Shown: one piece after another, positions 27,859 to 35,618 of the stretch
How the letters are laid out: the number at the start of each line of letters is the position of its first letter
How positions within the stretch are numbered: position 1 is the first letter of the stretch
DNA from: Candidatus Nanopelagicales bacterium
GTDB taxonomy: Bacteria > Actinomycetota > Actinomycetes > S36-B12
NCBI GenBank assembly: GCA_044233495.1
Contig: JBIIJX010000002.1
Location: 1 to 42,690 of the forward strand
Reading direction: 5' to 3'
DNA: 42,690 nucleotides
Program-made: the position numbers and the translations under genes
Notes under the pieces: generated by a model
What the model was told of the DNA's origin: nothing
Seen by the model: the letters and a program-made list of their open reading frames with translations, nothing else
The model's database searches: none

Positions 27859-28452
27859 ATGGCCGACATGTGCGTGTGGCACACTTTGTCGGCTTCATCC
27901 TCCATCCCGGGGCGACTGCCGCCGGACGTGAAAGGACCTTTGTTGGACTACAACTGGCTGACGCCCAAGGCGCAGGCGCGCCCCGCTGGCGCCAAGGGAT
28001 GGGGATCGTTCGCGACGGAGCCGATCGCCGCAGGCGAGACCGTCGGCGCCTTCGGGGGCTGGATCGTGGACCGGGCCACCCTGTCGAGCCTGTCCCGTGA
28101 TCGTCAGTCACGGTCCATCCAGGTGGACGACGATCTGTATCTCGTCTCCGACGAGACCCCTGAGCCGGGCGACATGCTCAACCACTCGTGCGAGCCCAAT
28201 GCAGGCCTGGCGGGCTCGTCCCTGCTGGTGGCCATGCGCGACATCGCGCCGGGGGAGGAGATCACCTTCGACTACGCCATGTGCGACGCCAGCGACTACG
28301 ACGAGTTCGCCTGCATGTGCGGTGTGCCCACCTGCCGGGGAGTGGTGACGGGGTCCGACTGGCGTGATCCGGTCCTGCAGGCGAAGTACAGCGGATGGTT
28401 CTCCCCGTACCTGCTCAAGCGCATCGCCGCACTGCCCGCCATCGAGGGCTGA
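27859..28452 (+). CDS. SET-domain protein (putative protein-lysine methyltransferase)
   Basis: NHSCEPN, EITFDY and post-SET CMCGVPTCRG motifs. The start is uncertain: GTG 27847, ATG 27859 or GTG 27928. Confidence 0.75.
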   Translation: MADMCVWHTLSASSSIPGRLPPDVKGPLLDYNWLTPKAQARPAGAKGWGSFATEPIAAGETVGAFGGWIVDRATLSSLSRDRQSRSIQVDDDLYLVSDETPEPGDMLNHSCEPNAGLAGSSLLVAMRDIAPGEEITFDYAMCDASDYDEFACMCGVPTCRGVVTGSDWRDPVLQAKYSGWFSPYLLKRIAALPAIEG

Positions 28453-28474
28453 GTGACGCTGTTCGGTCTAGGCG

Positions 28475-29452
28475 TCAGGGGACGAGAACGACCTTGCCGG
28501 TCACGGCTCCACCGTCGAGGAGCCGGTGCGCGTCAGCGGCCTCGGCCATGGGCATGACACGGTCGATCACCGGAGTGACGACGCCGGCGTGGATCCACGG
28601 CCACACGGTGCGCTCGACCTGCGCGCAGATCGAGGCCTTCTCGGATGCCGGACGGCCGCGCAGGCTGGTCGCATGGATGGAGGCGTTCTTGCGCAGCACG
28701 GCACCGAGGTCGAGCTCGGCCTTGACGCCGCCCTGCATTCCTATGACGACGAGCCTGCCGTCGCGCGCGAGGGCGTCGACATTGCGGGCGAGGTACGCCG
28801 CTCCCATGTTGTCGAGGATGACGTTGACGCCGCGACCCCCGGTGGCGTCCTTGACCACCTCGACGAAGTCCTGCTCGCGGTAGTTGATGAGCACCTCTGC
28901 GCCGAGGGCGGCGCAGCGATCCAGCTTGGCCTGGCTGCCCGCCGTCACGGCAACGCGCGCGCCGAGGGCTCGGCCCACTTGAATCGCCATCGTGCCGACA
29001 CCAGAGCCACCACCATGTACCAGCAGCCACTCGCCCTCGCTCAGGTTGGCCACCATGTCGAGGTTGCTCCACACCGTGCACGCCACCTCGGCGAGCCCGC
29101 CGGCATCGACCAGGCTCACGCCCGCGGGAACCGACATGAGCTGGCCGACCGGGATGGCGACCTTCTGCGCGTAGCCACCACCCGCGAGGACGGCGCACAC
29201 GCGCTCACCTATGCGATCGAGGGGAAGCGCAGCACCTACGTTCGTCACCGTGCCGGAGCACTCCAGGCCCAGGATGTCCGAGGCTCCGGGTGGCGGCGGA
29301 TAGTGGCCCTGCCGCTGCAGGAGGTCGGCGCGGTTCACGCCTGCTCCGGCGACTTCGACGATCACCTCTCCGGGCCCGGGTGTTGGGTCGGGCACCTTGG
29401 CCCACTCCATCACCTCCGGTCCCCCGTGTCCGGTGAGCGTGATCGCCTGCAT
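28475..29452 (-). CDS. qor: NADPH:quinone oxidoreductase (zeta-crystallin/MDR family)
   Basis: GVNRADLLQRQGHYPPPPG and VHGGGSGVGT motifs. The ATG is 3 nt after the upstream channel gene stop. Confidence 0.85.
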   Translation of the reverse strand: MQAITLTGHGGPEVMEWAKVPDPTPGPGEVIVEVAGAGVNRADLLQRQGHYPPPPGASDILGLECSGTVTNVGAALPLDRIGERVCAVLAGGGYAQKVAIPVGQLMSVPAGVSLVDAGGLAEVACTVWSNLDMVANLSEGEWLLVHGGGSGVGTMAIQVGRALGARVAVTAGSQAKLDRCAALGAEVLINYREQDFVEVVKDATGGRGVNVILDNMGAAYLARNVDALARDGRLVVIGMQGGVKAELDLGAVLRKNASIHATSLRGRPASEKASICAQVERTVWPWIHAGVVTPVIDRVMPMAEAADAHRLLDGGAVTGKVVLVP

Positions 29453-29455
29453 GCG

Positions 29456-30526
29456 TCAGGACCTCTCAGGAGGGTTATGCCGGATCACGACGAGTCGGTC
29501 GCCGGGCTCGAGGCGGTTGATGTCATTTGCGTCGAACCGGTGCGCAATCCCGTTGCGGATCACAGCCAAGACGATCTGCCCGGACGCGTCAAGGTCGGCT
29601 GGTGACAGACCCATCTCCTCGCGCGTGATCTCACGCTCCACCACCTCCAGTCCACGGCCGGAGTCGAGGAGATCCTCCATGATCTCCCCCGCTGTGCTGG
29701 ACAGCAGTGAGAGTCCCATGAGTCGGCCTGCGGACTCCGCGGTCGGGATGACGTTGTTGGCGCCCGACTGGCGGAGGATCTCGAGGTTCTGAGCCTCGCG
29801 AACCGCCGCGACGATCGTCGCGTGCGGCGAGAGTCGTCGTGCCGTCAGGGTGACGAGGATCGAGGTGTCGTCCTCGTTTGTGGCGACGACGATGCGCTTG
29901 GCCCGCTCGATGGCGGCATCACGCAGCACGTTCTCGCGGCGGCCATCCCCGACGACTCCGACGAATCCGTCACGAGTCGCCTCGTCCACCTCACCTCGGT
30001 CGGTGGCCACGACGACGATGTCGTGGCGGTCGGTGCCGGCATCGACGAGGGACTTGGCGGCGGCGCGGCCCTTCACGCCGTAGCCGATGATCACGGTGTG
30101 GTCGTTCACGTTGCTCCTCCAGCGCCTTGAGCGCATCTGCTCGCGAGTCCGCTGCGTGAGAACCTCGATCGTCGTGCCGACGAGCACGATGAGGAAGACG
30201 AAGCGCAGCGGGGTGATGATGATGACGTTGACGAGCCGTGCGGACTCGCACACGGGCGTGATGTCGCCGTAGCCCGTGGTGGAGAGGGTGACAGTCGCGT
30301 AGTACAGAGCATCGATCCAGGACAGTCCGCTCTCGTCGCCGCGGTCCTGGTAGCAGTCGCCCTCGGCCCACACGATCAAGGACGTGAAGACGAGCGCCAT
30401 GACGGCGATCAGGATGCGCACCCCGATGTTGCGGATCGGGCTGAAGCGCCGTTCGGGGAACTTCAGCGGCGGTGCGGCGTTGGGGTCCTCCCTCGGCATC
30501 TGCAGCCGCGACTTGCGCTTTGGCAT
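29456..30526 (-). CDS. K+ channel with RCK/TrkA-N domain
   Basis: Selectivity filter TLSTTGYGDI between two TM helices. Rossmann motif VIIGYGVKGRAAA. Confidence 0.85.
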   Translation of the reverse strand: MPKRKSRLQMPREDPNAAPPLKFPERRFSPIRNIGVRILIAVMALVFTSLIVWAEGDCYQDRGDESGLSWIDALYYATVTLSTTGYGDITPVCESARLVNVIIITPLRFVFLIVLVGTTIEVLTQRTREQMRSRRWRSNVNDHTVIIGYGVKGRAAAKSLVDAGTDRHDIVVVATDRGEVDEATRDGFVGVVGDGRRENVLRDAAIERAKRIVVATNEDDTSILVTLTARRLSPHATIVAAVREAQNLEILRQSGANNVIPTAESAGRLMGLSLLSSTAGEIMEDLLDSGRGLEVVEREITREEMGLSPADLDASGQIVLAVIRNGIAHRFDANDINRLEPGDRLVVIRHNPPERS

Positions 30527-30647
30527 CTTCCCGTTCCCTGATCTAGAGGGTTGCGACGACGATCCGACCGACGACGCCGATCATGCCAGCAGGGACGCCT
30601 GGAGCACCGCAGACCGTGCCATAGACGAGGAGCCCGCGCAGCCCTGC

Positions 30648-31886
30648 CTACAGCAGTGCCGGCAGGTCCCGGCCGTAGGAGTCCATCAGCTCCACGACAT
30701 CGCCCCGATACCCCGCCCCGGGCGGGACGATCGCGACGGCATCGGCCCGCGCCCAGCCCGATTGGCCGTCCGGGCCCGCCATCGGCATCGGTCGAGCCGA
30801 CGTGCCCGCGGACGAGCTCTCCAGCAGGACCGGCACGAGCGCCGTGTCGTCGGCGTAGTCGGCGGGCACGGTGTCGTCCATCAGTACGGCCGACCGCCGC
30901 CGCTCCACCGGGGGATCCCCGCGCAGGGCGCGCACGAGCGGGCTGACGAGGGTGACGAGCCCGGCGAGGGCCGCTGCCGGCTCCCCGGGCAGCCCGACGA
31001 GGAAGCGTCCGTCGACGAGCCGGGCCAGAAGCATCTGCGACCCGGGTGTCACGCTCACGCCGTCGACCAGCCAGCGTGCATTGAGGTCGCGCAAGACGCC
31101 ACGAAGGTGGTTGTCCGGGCCAGGCGCTGTCGAACCGGTGGTGATCAGGACGTCGACGTCGGCATCGTCTATCTCCCCCGTCAGCAGGTCGAGGCTGTCC
31201 GGAGCGCGCACTGCCGGGTTGCCCCGGGCTCCCAGGGCGCCGACGAAGGCCGGCACTGCGTCGCCGAGAGCGTCGCGCACTCGCCCGTCGCGCGGCAGTC
31301 CGTGGGACAGCAGGCTCGACCCCAGCACCAGCGTGCCGACGACGGGGGTGCGCACGATCTCCATGCCGTCCAGGCCGCGCGAGGCAGCCAGCGACACGAC
31401 GGCCGGCGTGACGGGCGAGCCCGCCGTCAGGAGCACATGACCTGCGGCCGAGATGCCTGCGGTGCGCATGATGCCGTCGCCCAGCCTGGGACGGGCGGAC
31501 TCGTCGGGCACTCCGTTGAGCGGGTCGCGGGCGATGAGGGTGACGCGACCGTCCGCGTGCTCCTCCAGGTAGGCGGCGTCGCCGTCGAGGACGGCGTCGG
31601 CGTGGCGGGGAAGCGGCATGCGCCGGCGCACAGGAGCGGCCCAGCCGGGCGTCAGGACGTCGAGGTCGTCGACGCGCCACGGGCCCTCGCCGCAGAGAGC
31701 GAATCCGTCGACCGCAGCGGAGTCCACCGGGGGATCGTCCATGACGGTGACGAGATCGCGGGCGAGGCGGGATCCGACGGCCTCATCCAGGCGGGCGGGT
31801 GCGGCGGGCAGGGGGTGAGCCGAGGAGGCGGCCACCTGACGGGCCTGGTTCCAGGGCAGGACCCCCTGCAGGCCGTAGGTGCTCAC
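30648..31886 (-). CDS. MoeA-like (gephyrin E-domain-like) protein, sequence-divergent
   Basis: MoeA-type order of segments (SAAVDGFAL, ITTGSTAPGPD, GLPGEPAAA). Several canonical motifs look substituted. No other Moco genes are in the window. Confidence 0.7.
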   Translation of the reverse strand: MSTYGLQGVLPWNQARQVAASSAHPLPAAPARLDEAVGSRLARDLVTVMDDPPVDSAAVDGFALCGEGPWRVDDLDVLTPGWAAPVRRRMPLPRHADAVLDGDAAYLEEHADGRVTLIARDPLNGVPDESARPRLGDGIMRTAGISAAGHVLLTAGSPVTPAVVSLAASRGLDGMEIVRTPVVGTLVLGSSLLSHGLPRDGRVRDALGDAVPAFVGALGARGNPAVRAPDSLDLLTGEIDDADVDVLITTGSTAPGPDNHLRGVLRDLNARWLVDGVSVTPGSQMLLARLVDGRFLVGLPGEPAAALAGLVTLVSPLVRALRGDPPVERRRSAVLMDDTVPADYADDTALVPVLLESSSAGTSARPMPMAGPDGQSGWARADAVAIVPPGAGYRGDVVELMDSYGRDLPALL

Positions 31887-31921
31887 GCGCTCATGCTGTC
31901 ACGCGTGAGCACCTACGTGGG

Positions 31922-32500
31922 TCAGCTGCCCTGGGTGTAGGACTGCGGTGCCGGGGCGGCGAGTGCCGGCGCGGGTGCGGCCACCGGAGCCGGCTTCGGC
32001 GCTGGCGCCGCGACCTCGGGGGCGGCGGCCAGAGCCTGCGGTGCGGGTGCGGCCTGCTGTGTCGCCGGCGCGGGAGCCCTGCCCGTCCTGCTGGTCCTGG
32101 CGTTCGTGCCGACGCCCGCTGTGCTCGGGTCCGCTGCTCTCGTGCCGGACTGCCCCGAACGAGCGGCATTGATCGCCTCGGCGGCAGCCACGAGCTCGGC
32201 ACGGTAGGAGTCCAGCCGCGCCTTCTCCGCGGCGAGCAGCGCTGCGTAGGCATCCAGGTCGCTCCGAGTCATGCCGGACGACGTTGTCGTCTCGTTGGAC
32301 GCGGGTGCGGCGAGCAGCACGGGGACGGACTCCGGGGCCGCCGGCTGGGGCGCGCTCTCCTGAGCCGCCACCATGCGCGTGCCGAGGAGGCCGACGACAC
32401 CGATGCAGGTGGCGGTGGCCAGCCCGGCCGTCACGATGCGCTCAGCGGCGGTGCCGGAACGACCCTTGCGGTTCCGGGCGTGGTCAGTCATCGTCCTCAT
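31922..32500 (-). CDS. membrane-anchored Ala/Pro-rich protein (hypothetical)
   Basis: Basic N-terminus, one TM helix, a short amphipathic segment (SDLDAYAALLAAEKARLDSYRAELVAAAEAI), then a low-complexity APAP tail. The start overlaps the upstream gene end by 8 to 17 nt. Confidence 0.55.
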   Translation of the reverse strand: MRTMTDHARNRKGRSGTAAERIVTAGLATATCIGVVGLLGTRMVAAQESAPQPAAPESVPVLLAAPASNETTTSSGMTRSDLDAYAALLAAEKARLDSYRAELVAAAEAINAARSGQSGTRAADPSTAGVGTNARTSRTGRAPAPATQQAAPAPQALAAAPEVAAPAPKPAPVAAPAPALAAPAPQSYTQGS

Positions 32501-33209
32501 CCCCTTCGTGCTCCTCGTCCTCGTACTCCTCGTTCTCGTACTCGTCGTTCTCGTACTCCTCGTTCTCCTCTTCGTCCTCGTACTCGCCCTCCGGGTAGCC
32601 GGTGGTCGTAGGAGCCGGCTTGGGCGCCTCCTGCATCACCTGCCAGTCGAAGACCGTCGCCGTGACGCGATCGACGAAACCGGTGACGATGGAGCCGTCC
32701 GAACGCTGGACGGTGACGGCCCAGGCCGAGTACCCGGCCCGTGAGACCTGCCGCACGTCCAAGGGCCGGCCATTGCCGGTAGCGGCGAGCACAAGGGCCA
32801 CCGCCTGCTCCGGGGGGAGTGCCGGGGTCAGGGCCGGGGTCGGTGTCTGGGTCGGTGTCTGGGCACCGGGCTTCGCCGCCCGGGTCTGCTCTGGCGCACT
32901 GGCCGCGTCGGCACCCGGCCCGGGAGACGGCACTGACGACGTCGACGGCACTGATGACGTCAACGATCCGGACGGCGCCACGATCGAGGGCAGCGGCTCG
33001 GTCGTGAAGGGCGGGAGCGTGACAGCGTCGGAGTCTGCGACCGCCGCTACGGGCTGCGTGAGGTCGGCCGGAGCCGCCAGCAGCTGGATGGTGGACGGGT
33101 CGGGCTCACTGGAGGCGGCGGCATTGACCGCCGCCGTGCCAGCCACCGACCCGGCGATGAGGATCCCGGCGCCGGCGACGACGCTGGCGATGATGGTCGA
33201 CCGTTGCAT
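32484..33209 (-). CDS. PepSY-domain protein with N-terminal anchor, Pro/Ser/Thr linker and poly-acidic Tyr-periodic C-terminal tail
   Basis: ATG 33209 after the AAGGAG RBS. PepSY-like core PEQAVALVLAATGNGRPLDVRQVSRAGYSAWAVTVQRSDGSIVTGFVD. Tail YPEGEYEDEEENEEYENDEYENEEYEDEEHEGDEDDD. Confidence 0.65.
   Translation of the reverse strand: MQRSTIIASVVAGAGILIAGSVAGTAAVNAAASSEPDPSTIQLLAAPADLTQPVAAVADSDAVTLPPFTTEPLPSIVAPSGSLTSSVPSTSSVPSPGPGADAASAPEQTRAAKPGAQTPTQTPTPALTPALPPEQAVALVLAATGNGRPLDVRQVSRAGYSAWAVTVQRSDGSIVTGFVDRVTATVFDWQVMQEAPKPAPTTTGYPEGEYEDEEENEEYENDEYENEEYEDEEHEGDEDDD
32514..32585. repeat. 15-bp-period imperfect tandem repeat (TCGTACTC core at 32521, 32536, 32551 and 32578) encoding the acidic tail
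   Basis: Read directly from the sequence. The repeat is in frame (5 codons per unit). Confidence 0.7.
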
Positions 33210-33258
33210 GATGTCTCCTTGTGTTGGCAGGTCTGGTGATGCGTTGCAGGTCTGGTGA

Positions 33259-33849
33259 TCAGCGGGAGCTGAGCGCGGGCTCGCGGGTCGCTCGAGCGGG
33301 CTGCTGACGGGCAGGGGGCGGGACGAAGCCGCGCGCCAGCAGCAGCACGACGACGAGGGTGATGCCGGCACCGAGAAGGGCGAGTGACCACTCGGCGAGC
33401 GCGTCGGTTCCGGCGAGGACGTAGTGCGCGGTGGCCAGCGGCCACGCGGCGTAGGCGACCAGGTGCGCCCGCTTGAACCATGTTGCACCGGCCTTGCCGA
33501 GTCGACTGCGCAGTCGGCCCACGACCATCACCGGGAGCATGGCCCACATGGCGAGCGTGCCGAGGGCGACCGCGAGGGTCTCCCATGGCGCCAGACCGGG
33601 CACGAGGATCTGCGGCACCGTGAACTGCACCACCGGGTCGACCAGCAGGAGTGCGAGGTGCACGAAGAGGAACACGAGCGCTGTGGCGCCCAGCCAGCGG
33701 TGCATGGTCATCAGTCGCTGGGGCGGCGCGAAGGAGCCGAGCAGTCGCGAGCGGAGCAGCAGCCCCCACGCGACGACGGCGGTGAGCAGGGCCCAGGTGG
33801 TGATACCGCTGCCGCGGATGAGCAGCCAGGTCCAGGGGATGTCAGCCAC
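33259..33849 (-). CDS. ferric-reductase-like / MsrQ-like transmembrane b-type cytochrome domain protein
   Basis: About 5 to 6 hydrophobic spans with paired His in helices (MHRWLG..FVHLALL and KRAHLVAY..ATAHYVL). GTG 33849 overlaps the ApbE stop by 8 nt. Confidence 0.7.
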   Translation of the reverse strand: MADIPWTWLLIRGSGITTWALLTAVVAWGLLLRSRLLGSFAPPQRLMTMHRWLGATALVFLFVHLALLLVDPVVQFTVPQILVPGLAPWETLAVALGTLAMWAMLPVMVVGRLRSRLGKAGATWFKRAHLVAYAAWPLATAHYVLAGTDALAEWSLALLGAGITLVVVLLLARGFVPPPARQQPARATREPALSSR

Positions 33850-34798
33850 GGTGTGCCTCCAGGTGCGTGTGGTGATCGAGAGGGTCGGGGGTGAGCAGTT
33901 CACCGAGAATCCGGACCGTGCCGTCCGTGCGCACGAGGCGACACCATGCCCCCGCGCGATGGATCGCATCGGCCAGTGCTGCGTCGTCAGCGAGCAGCGC
34001 AGTGGTCGCGAGGACCTCGGCACGCCACGCCTCGTCACTGACGACAGTCGCCTGAGTGATGTCGTCGGCCGCCATCCATCCGGTGCGTGGATCGACGATG
34101 TGGTGACGGCGTCCTGCCGCCCAGCGGCGCTTCGACGTCGTCGACGTGGCGATGCCGGCGCGCTGGCTGCCGTAGGGCAGCGTCACGAGTGCCGACGGCA
34201 CGTTCGCGGCTGTGTCCTCGATCCCGATGACCCAGCGCTCGTCGAGTGACCCGCCGATGCTGATGTCGCCACCGAGGTTGACGAGGACGCCGGTGGCGCC
34301 TGCGGCGAGGAGTTCCTCGACGACGATGTCTGCGGCGAGACCCTTGCCGATCGCCCCTGGGTCGATGCCAACACCGGCCGGCAGTCGGACGGTGCGTAGA
34401 GCGTGGTCGATCGCCACGCCCTGCATCCCCGGAGCGGGCAGCACCACGACGTCGTCCGCGGCGGGGATCATTCGCGCCGTGACCGTCGCGAGATCGGCGT
34501 CGTAGCCGAGGGCCACCATCGACGCCAGCACAGTGGGATCGAACAGGCCGCCGGTCAGGTGCCAGGCTTCCGTCATTCGCTCGGCGAGGAGCAGCAGGTC
34601 CGCACTGACCGCGACGGGCGCTGAGCCGGCTCGTGCGTTGAGCCGGCAGAGCTCGCTGTCCGGACGGAAGCGGCTCCAACTCTGCTCGAGCAGCGCCACC
34701 CGCGTCGTCGCAAGGGCAACGAGGACCTTCTCTCGCGCGGGAGCCGCCACGAGCACATGGCAGTCCGTGCCCATCGCACGGAATCGTGCCTGCTCCAT
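33842..34798 (-). CDS. apbE: FAD:protein FMN transferase (ApbE family)
   Basis: ATG 34798 with a GGGAGG RBS 5 nt upstream. LTGGLFDPTV, DPGAIGKGLAAD, GIATSTTSKRRW and HHIVDPRTG motifs. Confidence 0.85.
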   Translation of the reverse strand: MEQARFRAMGTDCHVLVAAPAREKVLVALATTRVALLEQSWSRFRPDSELCRLNARAGSAPVAVSADLLLLAERMTEAWHLTGGLFDPTVLASMVALGYDADLATVTARMIPAADDVVVLPAPGMQGVAIDHALRTVRLPAGVGIDPGAIGKGLAADIVVEELLAAGATGVLVNLGGDISIGGSLDERWVIGIEDTAANVPSALVTLPYGSQRAGIATSTTSKRRWAAGRRHHIVDPRTGWMAADDITQATVVSDEAWRAEVLATTALLADDAALADAIHRAGAWCRLVRTDGTVRILGELLTPDPLDHHTHLEAHRG

Positions 34799-34964
34799 GG
34801 TCGCCTCCCTTCGAGTCGGCATTGCCGGGTGATTCGAAGGTAGGTGCCTGCCATCCAAGGCAGGGGCAGGGCAGGGTAAAGCGCAGGTAAGGAGGATCGC
34901 CGAGCCGCCGGGGCGAGGAGCCACGCCTGCTCGAGGCGCCGCGGATCCGTGCCACGATGGGTGC

Positions 34965-35618
34965 GTGAAGGTCCTCGTCGTCGAAGACGACCCGGCTGTG
35001 TCGGAGCCCCTGCTGGCGGGCCTGCAGCGCAACGGCATCGAGACCGAGCACGTCGCGTACGCCGGCCACGTCCTGCCGGCGTTGTCGGCGGCCGACGTCG
35101 TCCTGCTCGACCTCGGCCTGCCCGATGGTGATGGCATTGACGTGCTCCGTGAGATCCGCCGGGTCTCCGATGTGCCGGTGATCATCGCGACGGCGCGAGG
35201 AGACGAGACCGACCGCATCGTGGGGCTCGAACTCGGTGCCGATGACTACGTGGTGAAGCCCTATTCGGTGCGTGAGCTGGCGGCGCGCATCCGTGCCATC
35301 TCGCGCCGACGCCGCGTCGACTCACCGCTGTCGTCAGGCCGGGTCGCGATCGACCGGGCCGCGCGTCGTGTCACCGTCGACGGATCACCGGTCGAGCTGA
35401 CGACCAAGGAGTTCGATCTGCTCGCCGTGCTGGCCGAGGAGCCGGGGCGAGTGGTGCCGCGCCAGGAGCTGTTCTCGCGCGTGTGGGATCCGGTGTGGGT
35501 CGGCACGGGCAAGACCCTCGACGTGCACGTCGCCTCCCTGCGCAAGAAGCTCGGGGACGCCTCGCTCGTCGAGACCGTGCGCGGCGTGGGCTACCGGCTG
35601 TCGACGGAGTCCGCGTGA
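34965..35618 (+). CDS. OmpR/PhoB-family response regulator
   Basis: Receiver domain (VVEDD, LLDLGLPDGDG, VVKPY) plus a winged-helix domain (TKEFDLL, VRGVGYRL). Confidence 0.9.
   Translation: MKVLVVEDDPAVSEPLLAGLQRNGIETEHVAYAGHVLPALSAADVVLLDLGLPDGDGIDVLREIRRVSDVPVIIATARGDETDRIVGLELGADDYVVKPYSVRELAARIRAISRRRRVDSPLSSGRVAIDRAARRVTVDGSPVELTTKEFDLLAVLAEEPGRVVPRQELFSRVWDPVWVGTGKTLDVHVASLRKKLGDASLVETVRGVGYRLSTESA

Noticed and set aside
32514-32585. Short regular repeats, considered as a possible CRISPR or mobile repeat.
   Set aside because: The period is 15 bp with no spacers, in frame and inside a CDS. It is a coding low-complexity repeat. No CRISPR array exists anywhere in the window.
32484-33209. 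Considered this secreted protein as the FMN_bind-type flavinylation target of the adjacent ApbE.
   Set aside because: There is no [ST]GA[ST] acceptor motif outside the N-terminal hydrophobic anchor. The core matches PepSY rather than FMN_bind by eye.
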